Virus record (IMG/VR): IMGVR_UViG_3300021400_000552
Coordinates: 32,001-96,000 of that record
Direction: 5' to 3' (one strand)
Length of the DNA stretch: 64,000 nucleotides
From: a virus
Lineage: Duplodnaviria > Caudoviricetes
Part shown: positions 38,545-48,241 of the stretch, piece after piece
Numbering within the stretch: the first letter of the stretch is position 1
Layout: each line of letters starts with the position of its first letter
The notes under the pieces: generated by a model
The model's input: only the letters and a program-made list of their open reading frames with translations
The model's database searches: none
What the model was told of the DNA's origin: nothing
Made by a program: the position numbers and the translations under genes

Positions 38545-39169
38545 TACTTAATTTCGGTACTGGCAAGAACAATGCCTGGCAAATCGCTTTTTCATAAGGA
38601 TAAATTCTAATGCTTTCAGCTTCATGTCGCGCCTTAAATTCATCTATCCACACGTCTTTAACGATTGCAATGGTATAATCATTGTGATTTGTTATCGGGA
38701 CAAACCATTCGCCACGATAACTTGCATCGATGATACCAGCACGCTGCCCAAGACCACGAGTCCCGGTAGAACCACGCTCTTTAAGTACGGCGACGTAATC
38801 ATTAGCGAATGCGCTTGCAATACCAGTCGGAATCATCGTTGTTTGATGTGGTCTTATAATAAGCCAATTGTCTTCAAATGATGCGTAAATATCATACCCA
38901 GCATCCCCATCTTTTTTACATGGTAGTTTCGCCTCATTGTTTAGTAACTTAAATTTTATGGTTTTGCGATCAATTTTGTCCCTTGCATATACGATGCAGA
39001 TAACGGCCCATAATACGATAACAATTACATCACAAACCATACACAGTAAATTTTTGTCTTCAACGGCCTTATCAAAAATGCCGAGCCAAATAATGAATAA
39101 AAAGCAAAAGATTACAGTATAATTCCACACTATCTCTCTTTTAATTGAGTTTTTTTTCTTTGTCATCAT
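38459..39169 (-). CDS. dut: Trimeric dUTPase with N-terminal two-helix membrane anchor
   Basis: All five motifs: DAGYD, RGS.G, GIIDASYRGE, AICQ, RGEGALGSSG. N-terminal ~65 aa has two hydrophobic stretches. Confidence 0.9.
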   Translation of the reverse strand: MMTKKKNSIKREIVWNYTVIFCFLFIIWLGIFDKAVEDKNLLCMVCDVIVIVLWAVICIVYARDKIDRKTIKFKLLNNEAKLPCKKDGDAGYDIYASFEDNWLIIRPHQTTMIPTGIASAFANDYVAVLKERGSTGTRGLGQRAGIIDASYRGEWFVPITNHNDYTIAIVKDVWIDEFKARHEAESIRIYPYEKAICQALFLPVPKLSIEQISKIEFAEKYAHTERGEGALGSSGK

Positions 39170-39375
39170 ATATTTTCCTCTCGATATTTTTTATCATTAG
39201 CATCGTATAACATGTCGCCATTATTTAATCTGTATATCCCATTTCCGTTTGTGGAATCTATTTTTAACGATTTTATTTCAGCAAGATGATTAAGATATTG
39301 GCGAACCTCCTCTAATTCGGCACGTGATGCGTTACGCATTAATTTTTCAATTTTTAGTAGTAATTTTTCTCTCAT
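39166..39375 (-). CDS. Hypothetical protein
   Basis: Tightly packed in the operon, overlapping dut start. Confidence 0.5.
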   Translation of the reverse strand: MREKLLLKIEKLMRNASRAELEEVRQYLNHLAEIKSLKIDSTNGNGIYRLNNGDMLYDANDKKYREENI

Positions 39376-39378
39376 TTT

Positions 39379-39600
39379 TTATTCCATCCGCTTTGCAACT
39401 TCCATTAATGTTTCTAGGACAAGGAGTTTGCCATTTCTGTTTAATTCTTTTTCCTCACACCACTTTTTAAAATGGTTATCCCAGTTAATTGATTCATCCT
39501 CTTGTTTGTAGCGACGTTCCGTTCCAATGATGTATCCAAATGCCCACATCGCTATCATCATAATGGCTGCTATCACCACATATAAAAATACTTGACCCAT
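39379..39600 (-). CDS. Small membrane protein
   Basis: N-terminal TM helix; AGGTGA RBS. Confidence 0.6.
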   Translation of the reverse strand: MGQVFLYVVIAAIMMIAMWAFGYIIGTERRYKQEDESINWDNHFKKWCEEKELNRNGKLLVLETLMEVAKRME

Positions 39601-39609
39601 TTATATAAC

Positions 39610-40131
39610 TCACCTACTATATAAAATAATTGTTTTATTATTTAAGGTACTCTGAACATCGATCACTCTTTGATTTGAACTACCCCTAAACGGTAATGTA
39701 ATGTTGCGATTTTCAGATTCAAATTTGCCATCGATTAGAACATTTGTATTTGACAAAACTGTTTGTAGATATACATTTTGTCGCGCTTCTTGCATTAAGT
39801 ATTCAAATTCATATCCAGTCCAGATAAATATTAAAATGTTTGGATATTTTTGTTTGACTTTAGAAATGAGTCGTGTAGTAAATTCAAGATTTTCTTCGCA
39901 CAATGGCTCGCCACCAAGGACAGACAAATTGCGCTGTATGCCATTTTCAGCAATAGCGGAATCTATAAGCTCCAAAAGATCATCTTCGTCTATTTCATTA
40001 CCGCCATCAAAATCCCAAGTTTGTGGGTTATGGCATCCGGGGCATCGAAAGCGACACCCCTGACACCAATAACTCACACAAACGTCATATCCATTTACCA
40101 CATCGTTACGAATAATGCCTGCATATTTCAT
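39610..40131 (-). CDS. nrdG: Anaerobic ribonucleotide reductase activating radical-SAM protein
   Basis: D.VNG, GC.FRCPGCHN, LGGEP, WTGY, DG.F, FRGSSNQR. Confidence 0.95.
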   Translation of the reverse strand: MKYAGIIRNDVVNGYDVCVSYWCQGCRFRCPGCHNPQTWDFDGGNEIDEDDLLELIDSAIAENGIQRNLSVLGGEPLCEENLEFTTRLISKVKQKYPNILIFIWTGYEFEYLMQEARQNVYLQTVLSNTNVLIDGKFESENRNITLPFRGSSNQRVIDVQSTLNNKTIILYSR

Positions 40132-41415
40132 TGATGTTTCACTCTCATATTTACTTCCTGTTGTTTACCCTTATTAAAAGCTGTTGTGTAATTACCTGTT
40201 AAATATCCAGTTACCCTACGTAATTGTTGAATATCGTGACTCCCACACATTGGGCATGTGTCATTAAATTCGCCAGTAAAGCCACATTTTAAGCATGTAT
40301 CATTTGGCACGTTAACCGCAAAGTACGGAATGTCATGATCCATGGCATAGTTAACGATCGTTTCTAACGCCTTTGTATTGTTTTTTACTCCGCCATCAAG
40401 TTCCACATATGTAATACATCCAGCAGAACTGTATCCAGTTAGTTGTGATTCAATATCAATTTTTTCGAATGGACTTATATTTTTCCAAACGGGAACATGC
40501 ATTGAATTTGTAAAAAAGTCTTTATCGCTAATATTTTTAATTTCTCCATATGATTCTTTAAATTTTCGCATTGCTGTATAGCAAAGATTTTCTGCAGGTG
40601 TAAAATACACGCCAAAATTCAATTTGTATTTTTGTTTAAATTCGGCGCATCTTTGCTTGAATAGTTCTTCAATACGTTTTGCAAGTTCCATTCCGCGTTC
40701 ATCCGTGTGGTCACAGCCAATTAGGATCTGTAATGTTTCTGCCAATCCAAGTTGCCCAATGGCCAGCGTTCCATGTTTCAAGGCACTACGAATTCCCTCT
40801 TCTGGGACATACCCCGCCATAGTTCCGTTTTGATACATGAAAGTGGCCGCTTCTGGTGGTTGTGCACATATCCATTCAAATCTTTCAATAAGAGAATCTT
40901 TGGCTTCTTGGATCTTTGTGTCTAATAAATCGATAAATTGATCGACATCCTTATTCCCAATATCGCCATCTACCTCCATTGCTAAAGTTGGCATAATAAT
41001 TGTTGTTGGGCAGATATTTCCACGACCATCTTTTAACTGACCGAAACCGTTAATATCAAGACCATTTGCCGTTCTGCAGCCCATGGTGCTAAAGAATGTT
41101 CTTGGATCATTTACATCGTATCCAGCGTTTCCGCTCCAATCTACGTTCGCATAGTTTGGATATAGCCGCTTTGATGTTGATTCTAATGCCAGTTGGAACA
41201 GATCGTAATTTGGATCGCCCGGTTTGCGATTAACGCCATTCATACACTGGAATATTCCACATGGAAAGATTGGTGTTTTATGAAGTTTACCGATACCAGC
41301 AATAGATACATCAAGTAATGCTTTTGTAATAAGTCTGCCTTCCGGCAACGTACATGTGCCGTAATTAATTGAAGAGAATGGCAACTGATTACCCGACCTA
41401 GATTGTAATGTATTC
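40128..41415 (-). CDS. nrdD: Anaerobic (class III) ribonucleotide reductase, exon 2
   Basis: After splicing reads (L)NTLQSRSGNQLPFSSINYG. Contains MGCR, PAENLC, CxxC..CPxC and the RRVTGYL glycyl-radical motif. Confidence 0.95.
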
Positions 41416-42360
41416 CATAATGTTCACGTAGATTCGCTACTTTCTACGCAGTTCTCTTATGAACTTCTGCATATCACTATGCAGATCAGACTATATCTTC
41501 ACCCTCGAATATATGAGGGGGCTATCTTTTCCATGCGCTTGCATGTACTCCATATTTGGATAGTCGTTAGACATTTATACATTATTTATTAATTATATCG
41601 AAAATGATAACCATGAGTGCTTTTATGCCTGCCTTTGCAACAGGCGCAAATTGCCGTTGCGTATATATTTAATTGTCTACCACATTCTTGTATAGATGGG
41701 TACACCTTATCTGTTTCGTAACAATAAACTTTCTTTTTTTCATGTGAATCTGAAATCTTTTTTCTTGTTGCCATACTTGGACTTTTGTGTGGTTTGTTTT
41801 TCTTTGCAGCTGATATATTTTTTCGATGCTCTGTTGATAATTTTTTGCCCTTTTGTGCCATACTGATTTTCTTTTTCTTTTCTTCAGAACATATTTTTCC
41901 TAAGCCATTTTTATTACCACGCATTATTTGTGACATATATTGTCTTATTTCCAACGGCATAGATGGAGCTGTGCCACCCTCCATAATATTATATCCAAAT
42001 GCCTTATCTTGAGTTTTATACTCACGTATAAGTCGTTTTTCTAATTCACAAGCCTCTTCTTTAGACAAATTTGATTTAATAATTTCGTGTTCAAAATTAC
42101 TCCACCCATATTTATTTATAGCGTTAAAAAAGTATGGTGAACTTCGATATTTGATTCCATTTAGGCCACATCTTTCCTCTAATGTGCGTTTTGTGATTCC
42201 TATATATTGTTTATTGTTAAGTTTATTGATATGTCTATATACGCAATATTTATCACTCATAATTAAATAATGTAATTTAGTACGGTATTGTCTCAGTGAG
42301 ATGTTCACCGTTTAGATAGCTATGTTCCCAATATTACTATTGGGTCGCCCAAATATTTAT
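41416..42360 (-). mobile_element. Group IA2 self-splicing intron in nrdD (945 nt)
   Basis: Core CTAAACGGTGAAC..AGACAATACCGTACTAAAT, AAATGTCTAACGACTATCC, GAAGATATAGTCTGATCTGCATAGTGATATGCAG, ending GAACATTATG. The IGS UAUUUGGG pairs with the ligated junction CCU|GAAUA. Splicing restores YHNLNTLQSR. Confidence 0.95.
41589..42260 (-). CDS. Intron-encoded GIY-YIG homing endonuclease
   Basis: Probable start ATG 42260. CVY..N.KQYIG.T, GYN..GG, NUMOD3 repeats (SEEKKKKIS, STEHRKNIS, ATRKKIS) and a NUMOD1 HTH. Confidence 0.9.
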   Translation of the reverse strand: MSDKYCVYRHINKLNNKQYIGITKRTLEERCGLNGIKYRSSPYFFNAINKYGWSNFEHEIIKSNLSKEEACELEKRLIREYKTQDKAFGYNIMEGGTAPSMPLEIRQYMSQIMRGNKNGLGKICSEEKKKKISMAQKGKKLSTEHRKNISAAKKNKPHKSPSMATRKKISDSHEKKKVYCYETDKVYPSIQECGRQLNIYATAICACCKGRHKSTHGYHFRYN

Positions 42361-43253
42361 AGGTTATGATACATTCCCTCGACGGCCTGGTACGCTTCTC
42401 TCATCGTCATATCTAATGCATACTTATATACCTCCGGCATATCTTTATAAAATTCCGCCTCAATAGATAGGTCTGCCGGATCACAACTTAATGCGATTTC
42501 ATCTATTTTTTCTAAATACTTGGCGCCATCTTTATAATGTTTATAAAACGATTTCCTCACATATGGAACCATAGAATGATCCAGATGTGTTGCGCTCACG
42601 CCTCCAAACTGTTGCAAACTTTGAATCTGGAATAATACAGCTACTAATTGCATCGCAGTGCTGATAGACTGTGCTGGTCTTACATCTGTCTGTCGCGTTT
42701 CAAATCCGTTTGCCAACAAATCATCGATAGGCACCGACAAACAATTGTGATCACCGAGTGCATAATGTCCAAGATCGTGAATATATACCATGTTATTAAC
42801 ATGATTATCTCTTGTAGTCTGAGACACTAATTCGTTCAACGCATAAGCTTTTAACACACTTTCTGCCGTTTCACCCATACGACCACCAAATGATTTTTCA
42901 TCTACATTTGCATTCTGATTTTGTACATTACTGGCTTGTGCTTTTTCACGCACAATGTTCATAATATCGCTACGCATTTCTCGTCTACGTGTACGTTGAT
43001 CGCGATATAAAATATATGCTTTTGCTACATCTTTACGATTGCTGGCCATTAATTTTTTTTCGACGATATCTTGTATTTCTTCGACCGTCATATCTTTGTT
43101 CATAGATTTGACATAGCGCGCAATTGTTTGCGCCTTTAACTTTGCAGCCGAAGTTAATTCTCCATCAACCTCCAAAAAGGCTTTTGTAATGGCAGAAATT
43201 ATCTTCGTAATATCAAAATCATCTTTGCGGCCATCTCTTTTAGTCACAATCAT
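42361..43253 (-). CDS. nrdD: Anaerobic ribonucleotide reductase, exon 1 (ATP cone)
   Basis: KRDGR...FD..KI ATP cone, NANVDE, IHDL, NC, Q.GG. Ends ..EGMYHNC(T) at the intron. Spliced product 726 aa. Confidence 0.95.
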
Positions 43254-43833
43254 CTAATTCTTCCTCACTTTCAAGCCACGCCAGTGTCGTGACGTAATCG
43301 TATATTTCCTTCCATGTTTTTGCTCTAATCGCACCAATCCCAGTTTCGTCACACCATTGATTATGTGGACGATCAAATAAGATTTTGGCGCAACCAGATT
43401 TCATCGAACATAAATTCGCTGGGTTATCATCGATTAAGATGTCGACATCTATGATGTGTTTTGCAGATGTCAGTACAATGCTCTGTTCATCAATAAATGG
43501 GAAATGATTTAATAATCTGCGTATCTTCGCTGGGGCAGTATCTGGATAGGTTGCTGTTACGATATACACATCAATATCATCATGTTCATTAATTAGTTTC
43601 CATAAATATGTAATCGATCCATCTACAGCACCAACAGTTCGCCAAAACAGATTTTCATGTAATATATTGAAAAATGAATCTCTGTTTCCCTTGTGAATAT
43701 ATTGAGCAATATCCCACGATTTTATGTCGTCCGGCACTACATTGTCTCCAGTTAATTCATTATGTCTGATTAACCAGGCATCTGTTGTGTTAAGCAAAAC
43801 GTCGTCAACATCAATTCCTATTCTAATTGTCAC
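43240..43833 (-). CDS. 5'(3')-deoxyribonucleotidase (NT5C HAD family)
   Basis: IGIDVDDVL, YIVTA, K...D.LIDD.P.N, F..PHN. Confidence 0.85.
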   Translation of the reverse strand: MTIRIGIDVDDVLLNTTDAWLIRHNELTGDNVVPDDIKSWDIAQYIHKGNRDSFFNILHENLFWRTVGAVDGSITYLWKLINEHDDIDVYIVTATYPDTAPAKIRRLLNHFPFIDEQSIVLTSAKHIIDVDILIDDNPANLCSMKSGCAKILFDRPHNQWCDETGIGAIRAKTWKEIYDYVTTLAWLESEEELDDCD

Positions 43834-43837
43834 TCCA

Positions 43838-44416
43838 TCACCTCCCTTCGGCGCTCATTCTCTCGTCTAATGCCGCATTAGTCATTGTACGCAACAACGT
43901 AGCCGCCTTGTGCACATTTGCCACAACTACTGGCAACACATCGTTCGCATCAACATGTGTTGGAATTTTATTTTCAACGTCGCGAAACTTTTTTTTATCA
44001 TTACGCAAACGTCTCTTGATGTTATAATCGCTATCTCCCCGTTCTCTCATACGTTCCTTACATGTCTTCACACTTGCGTCAAGATAGATAGGTATTACCA
44101 TTTTAGGACCTTTATATAAATGCTTAAAATAATCATATCCGTCTGGATCAATAACATAAACATCAGCATCGTTGACCTGATCTACCGTAGCACAATATTT
44201 ATATCCGTCAAACTCTGTATATGCACAAATCCCAGACAATCGATTAAATTCATCTTCTGAAACAAAGATGTGCCCAGTCTCATTTTCACTACGTTTCGGC
44301 CGCGTTGTATAGCTTTGCAGCACACGCCAATTAAAACCTCTTTGTAGTTCATTACACACACTTGTTTTCCCACTACCAGATTTTCCAATTAATAAAACTA
44401 TAGCCTCTTTTGCCAA
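43838..44416 (-). CDS. gmk: Guanylate kinase-like
   Basis: GKSGSGKT, SYTTRPKR.NE..H.F, Y.Y, VIDP.G, RM.ERGD. Confidence 0.85.
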   Translation of the reverse strand: MAKEAIVLLIGKSGSGKTSVCNELQRGFNWRVLQSYTTRPKRSENETGHIFVSEDEFNRLSGICAYTEFDGYKYCATVDQVNDADVYVIDPDGYDYFKHLYKGPKMVIPIYLDASVKTCKERMRERGDSDYNIKRRLRNDKKKFRDVENKIPTHVDANDVLPVVVANVHKAATLLRTMTNAALDERMSAEGR

Positions 44417-44418
44417 AT

Positions 44419-44709
44419 CTATACCTCCAATATGTCATGTTTGTTGTACATCATAATAATTGGAGCATTTCCATCATGATTCATATATGGTATGGCTCGT
44501 GCCGTGTTATAACTTATAAATTCATTGGCATCCTCATACGTCATACCATCATCTCTCATCAGCTCCCATACCATATCTTCCCAATTATATATTACGCGAT
44601 CGTCGTGCGATAACCCGATGATTGATTGATCGAACGATGGATTATCTAATACAACCACGCTGTCTCCACAAAGTTCCGCTATATTTGCGCGTATTTTTTG
44701 ATCAATCAT
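44419..44709 (-). CDS. Conserved phage hypothetical protein
   Basis: Start at ATG 44709 after AAGGAG. FD.SIIG..D.R.IY..M...GMT.EDA.EFISYN motif. Confidence 0.65.
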   Translation of the reverse strand: MIDQKIRANIAELCGDSVVVLDNPSFDQSIIGLSHDDRVIYNWEDMVWELMRDDGMTYEDANEFISYNTARAIPYMNHDGNAPIIMMYNKHDILEV

Positions 44710-45316
44710 TAAGAAAAATCTCCTTAAAATATGGCAAACGTTTAATCCAGGCACAAATTTCATGCCACTCTTTTAGACGATGATTTTTTCTAGATTGATA
44801 GATGTTGTATAGAACCTCATAGTTTGTGTGCCATGTAAATCGATAATTGTAACTTTGTGGTAGTAGCTGCCTCATTGCGCGAAAATAATCATAGTCGCCA
44901 GTCTCAATGTATTGCTGACGTAAGTAATTAATCTGTGCAATAATTGCAAGCCACAGCTTTTTATTTGTGCAACCATTTTCATCTATCGTAAAATCATCAA
45001 GTGAAAAATCCTTAGATGCTCCCTTATGCTGCAATGAACATGAATTGCGAGTTGTACCGATCTTATATGTATCCAATTCATTGGTAATATAGTTGGGAGC
45101 TTCGATATCCGTCCATACATCAATCATCCTCGCAAATTTACGATGATCTGTTCCGGCTTTTGCGAGTTTACTCATAAGGGCTAAATCAGCCTCACCTATC
45201 TTAAATTCTTTGTTTGCATTATAATAACTATCACTTTTACCCCATGATTCATGCGGATTTCGCATCCCGCGAATAGCGGGAGCGAAACCAGCAACGCTTG
45301 TATTGTATATTCTCAA
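44702..45316 (-). CDS. ThyX/Thy1-fold phage protein
   Basis: AIRGMRNP.ESW.KSD, H.KF.R.I, LPQSY, NY..L.NIY..R..HRL.EW. Sits in the nucleotide cluster but lacks the canonical RHRx7S motif. Confidence 0.6.
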   Translation of the reverse strand: MRIYNTSVAGFAPAIRGMRNPHESWGKSDSYYNANKEFKIGEADLALMSKLAKAGTDHRKFARMIDVWTDIEAPNYITNELDTYKIGTTRNSCSLQHKGASKDFSLDDFTIDENGCTNKKLWLAIIAQINYLRQQYIETGDYDYFRAMRQLLPQSYNYRFTWHTNYEVLYNIYQSRKNHRLKEWHEICAWIKRLPYFKEIFLND

Positions 45317-45499
45317 CTACTCCTCCCCATTGACAGTATCCGCTTCACTGTCTTTGCCTTCATCAGTTTGCGGCATAGCAATCGCTTCAATTTGAGCTAA
45401 TAAACGTATGCTGTCTACCAAGTAAATACTGCTTTCGCCCTTAGTTTCAACCTTCATCAAATTCTGACGAATTGTCGTCAATGCCTCTAATAACGTCAT
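45317..45499 (-). CDS. Hypothetical protein
   Basis: RBS GGGAG; operon packing. Confidence 0.55.
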   Translation of the reverse strand: MTLLEALTTIRQNLMKVETKGESSIYLVDSIRLLAQIEAIAMPQTDEGKDSEADTVNGEE

Positions 45500-45980
45500 T
45501 TAACTTACTCCCTTCAGTAGCCTTTATAAAATCTGCAAAACACGATGCACAGTCAGTAACCTCAACGCCAAAAAATCGTGCTAAGTATTGGATAAATATT
45601 TGATTTGACTCAATAGCCAAGTTCAACAACGAATCATCATCATCGGATGAAAGCCAGGATTCCCATGCGCACATATTTGTAATTGCGAGATGTTTTACCA
45701 TACACCATAATTCTTTGTCCCCGTCTTCAAAAAGTGCATATGCCGCAAGCATGAGCTGCCGTCTTAATTGGGCCAATTCCATGAGGTCAGAGCGATATTC
45801 TTGCGCCTTTTGTGCAAGCTCTAATCCCGCGTTTGGGTCATCTTGATTATAAAATCCGTGCTTGAGATCAGATGTGGTCTTTTCAAAGATAGTTTTAAGA
45901 TGCATCTCGGCACAGGCTGCGTTAGCAAATGCTCTAACTAAGTCTTCTGCTGTGCCGCTGTTGCTATATGTATTATTCAT
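45447..45980 (-). CDS. Conserved helical phage protein with C-terminal CxxC
   Basis: E.HLKT..EK, RR.LM, WC.VKH, DCASCF. Confidence 0.6.
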   Translation of the reverse strand: MNNTYSNSGTAEDLVRAFANAACAEMHLKTIFEKTTSDLKHGFYNQDDPNAGLELAQKAQEYRSDLMELAQLRRQLMLAAYALFEDGDKELWCMVKHLAITNMCAWESWLSSDDDDSLLNLAIESNQIFIQYLARFFGVEVTDCASCFADFIKATEGSKLNDVIRGIDDNSSEFDEG

Positions 45981-45992
45981 GTGGCCGTTATC

Positions 45993-46283
45993 CTATTCGT
46001 AATTTAATTCAAAGTTATCTATATACTTATTGTTTGCGTATATCAATCTCGCTGGTTTCGATATCGTATCTCCATTCTGTAGATTGATTAACCGTTCCCC
46101 TCGGAAAACAGCTTTCATTGGTCTTGCATCTTGAGCTATTTGATTAACAACTTCCTGGCATTGCATAATGATAATTTGATATGGCGCAGATAAATGTTGT
46201 GACCCAACAACTTGATCCCCTACGGTAATTTCCGCGTCTATATCAAACATTGATATGTTGCCGCCAAAACTAAAATTAATCAT
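45993..46283 (-). CDS. Hypothetical protein
   Basis: Operon packing. Confidence 0.5.
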   Translation of the reverse strand: MINFSFGGNISMFDIDAEITVGDQVVGSQHLSAPYQIIIMQCQEVVNQIAQDARPMKAVFRGERLINLQNGDTISKPARLIYANNKYIDNFELNYE

Positions 46284-46289
46284 CTTCGT

Positions 46290-46493
46290 TTACCCGTGAT
46301 ATATATCTTGCAGATGGTGTGATGCGAATAGTGTGCGTAAAACAATTATTAATTCTGTAGCAGTGTCCTTAATATACTTGTGATCGTCTTCAATATCATA
46401 TACTGCATCTTCCACCGCAGAGATATATTTGTTTAAGTGTGTTATTTCATCCTTATGTAATGTAATATCATTACAGCTATCACTCATAATCAT
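46290..46493 (-). CDS. Hypothetical protein
   Basis: GGGAGG RBS. Confidence 0.55.
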   Translation of the reverse strand: MIMSDSCNDITLHKDEITHLNKYISAVEDAVYDIEDDHKYIKDTATELIIVLRTLFASHHLQDIYHG

Positions 46494-46506
46494 CCTCCCA
46501 TTTTGG

Positions 46507-46692
46507 TTATTCCTTAAATTCGCGTTCTTTTTGACGCACGATATAATCCAAGACGCACGCTAGCACATACCCGTTGCGTGCCATTGTATTAGTATCTGGT
46601 GCTTCCCACACTGGAACACAATAATTTTCAAGGATATCATCTATCTCTTCATACGAAAACGCGTACATAGTATTTTGTTTACACATATTCAT
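46507..46692 (-). CDS. Hypothetical protein
   Basis: GGAGG RBS before ATG near 46692; shares MARxGYxLA with the upstream ORF. Confidence 0.5.
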   Translation of the reverse strand: MNMCKQNTMYAFSYEEIDDILENYCVPVWEAPDTNTMARNGYVLACVLDYIVRQKEREFKE

Positions 46693-47002
46693 CGTCCTCC
46701 GCAGCAATAATGCCATGCATAATTTTGTTTAGCACTTCATTTAAATCGTGCCCCTGTGTGTAGATACTTGCACTCACCGGCTCCATCACTTCATCGTCAT
46801 CGTCACAATCTTGAGATTTACATGAACAATTGTCACGCTGTTCATTATCCCATTGATTAATAACTTTCATCGTGATAACCGTATCGATCATAACTGCAAG
46901 CTGATATCCCATCCTTGCCATCTTTTGATTGTCAAATGTGTTTAAGATTAATTCAACCTGTGCGCGAAGCATATCCACTTCTTTGTCAGTTAATGTAATC
47001 AT
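46679..47002 (-). CDS. Hypothetical protein
   Basis: GAGGTGG RBS; ATGA overlap with MTase. Confidence 0.55.
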   Translation of the reverse strand: MITLTDKEVDMLRAQVELILNTFDNQKMARMGYQLAVMIDTVITMKVINQWDNEQRDNCSCKSQDCDDDDEVMEPVSASIYTQGHDLNEVLNKIMHGIIAAEDDEYV

Positions 47003-47709
47003 TGTTTTGCCACCTCAATTCTTTGTTTTGCTATTTCAAAATATTCCGGGTTTATTTCAATTCCAATAAATTTTCTTTTGAGATTTGATGCCGCCACTCC
47101 GGTCGACCCTCCGCCCATACAATTATCCAAGACTGTATCTCCAATATCTGTATATGTATTGATGAGATATTCAAGTAATGCTACCGGCTTTTGAGTCGGA
47201 TGCACTTTGTCCTTATCGCGATTAAACTGAATAATATCGATTGGGTACCGCTTACCATTATTATTCGTAGTCACTCTATGATAATCTCCATAGTTATTGC
47301 TGTCAGAGTGTTGTTGAATAGTATATGGCTTGAAGCCAGTTCGCATTTGTGGGTGATAAGTTGGTAATTTTTTATAAAAAACACATATATTTTCATGTAT
47401 TTTCATTGGCATTTTCTTTGCGTTTAAGAACCCGGTGCCCATTTCTTTTTGCCAAATCCATTCGTATCTAAACATCTTTAAGTTGCTATTTACTAATACG
47501 GCTGTAAATGGCATTTGACTAAACAAAACGATTGCGCCATGATCTTTAATTATTCTGTTATATTGTTCCCACAATGCTTCTAGCGGAATGACTGAATCCC
47601 ATTTATTTTGTGTTGTACCATAAGGAAGATCGCATAAGATAAGGTCGATGGATTTCGACGGAATATCATCCATGATTTCCAGGCAGTCGCCTTGCCTTAA
47701 TTCAATCAT
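46999..47709 (-). CDS. Orphan DNA methyltransferase (N6A/N4C, beta class)
   Basis: GDCLE..DLILCDLPYG, WIW.K, HPTQKP, LDNCMGGGSTG, FIGIE. Start ATG 47709. Confidence 0.9.
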   Translation of the reverse strand: MIELRQGDCLEIMDDIPSKSIDLILCDLPYGTTQNKWDSVIPLEALWEQYNRIIKDHGAIVLFSQMPFTAVLVNSNLKMFRYEWIWQKEMGTGFLNAKKMPMKIHENICVFYKKLPTYHPQMRTGFKPYTIQQHSDSNNYGDYHRVTTNNNGKRYPIDIIQFNRDKDKVHPTQKPVALLEYLINTYTDIGDTVLDNCMGGGSTGVAASNLKRKFIGIEINPEYFEIAKQRIEVAKQ

Positions 47710-48241
47710 TTTATTTTCTCTCGCAACCAATATATAAAGGTGCTGTAGATCCAAAGTGCTGATTGACTAGAATCTGGCATGAACACGACTTCTAGATTGT
47801 AACGATGATTAAATGCGTGAAGAGTGGCTAAATAGGACTTCGGGCTGTAATCAGAACGATAATTGCCATTAATAATGTCATTGTATGTACTATTTTCAAT
47901 AAGTAAATATTTTTTGCCGTTAAAAGTTGCCATCTCTTCTTCGAATCGAGTACGATGCTGTGTTAGATTGCCAGCCAATTCGTCAAGTGACGCCTTGCGT
48001 TCAATGGCGATTTCCTTGTCAAATCGTAGTTCTCGCTCGATATTAAGTTGCTGATCAGCTGGAATATAAAATGAATAATCACAGTTATCAAGTTTTTTCT
48101 TTTTATAGGGAATATGCTTTTGATCAAGCCAATTCGTGATATTTTTATTAACCTTTTCTCTTGTATCTATCAATATTCCGATAGAACCGAGCAACTTTTT
48201 CTTTTCTGTTTCTGTATAGTAATAGTTGTTTAAAATTCCAT
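47706..48241 (-). CDS. ERCC4-domain nuclease (putative resolvase); 5' end has a 1-nt frameshift
   Basis: IDTRE, L...DYS, IERK.SLDEL.GN, RF..E, L.IE. The RBS-linked ATG at 48241 is out of frame by one base. Confidence 0.75.

Noticed and set aside
42357-42360. Stop-codon readthrough or alternative genetic code to explain split genes
   Set aside because: The breaks in nrdD and the TMP are explained by introns, and all other genes read intact in the standard code.
46999-48241. Restriction-modification pair (MTase + adjacent nuclease)
   Set aside because: The nuclease is ERCC4/XPF-type and structure-specific, as is usual in these replication modules. The MTase is best treated as an orphan.
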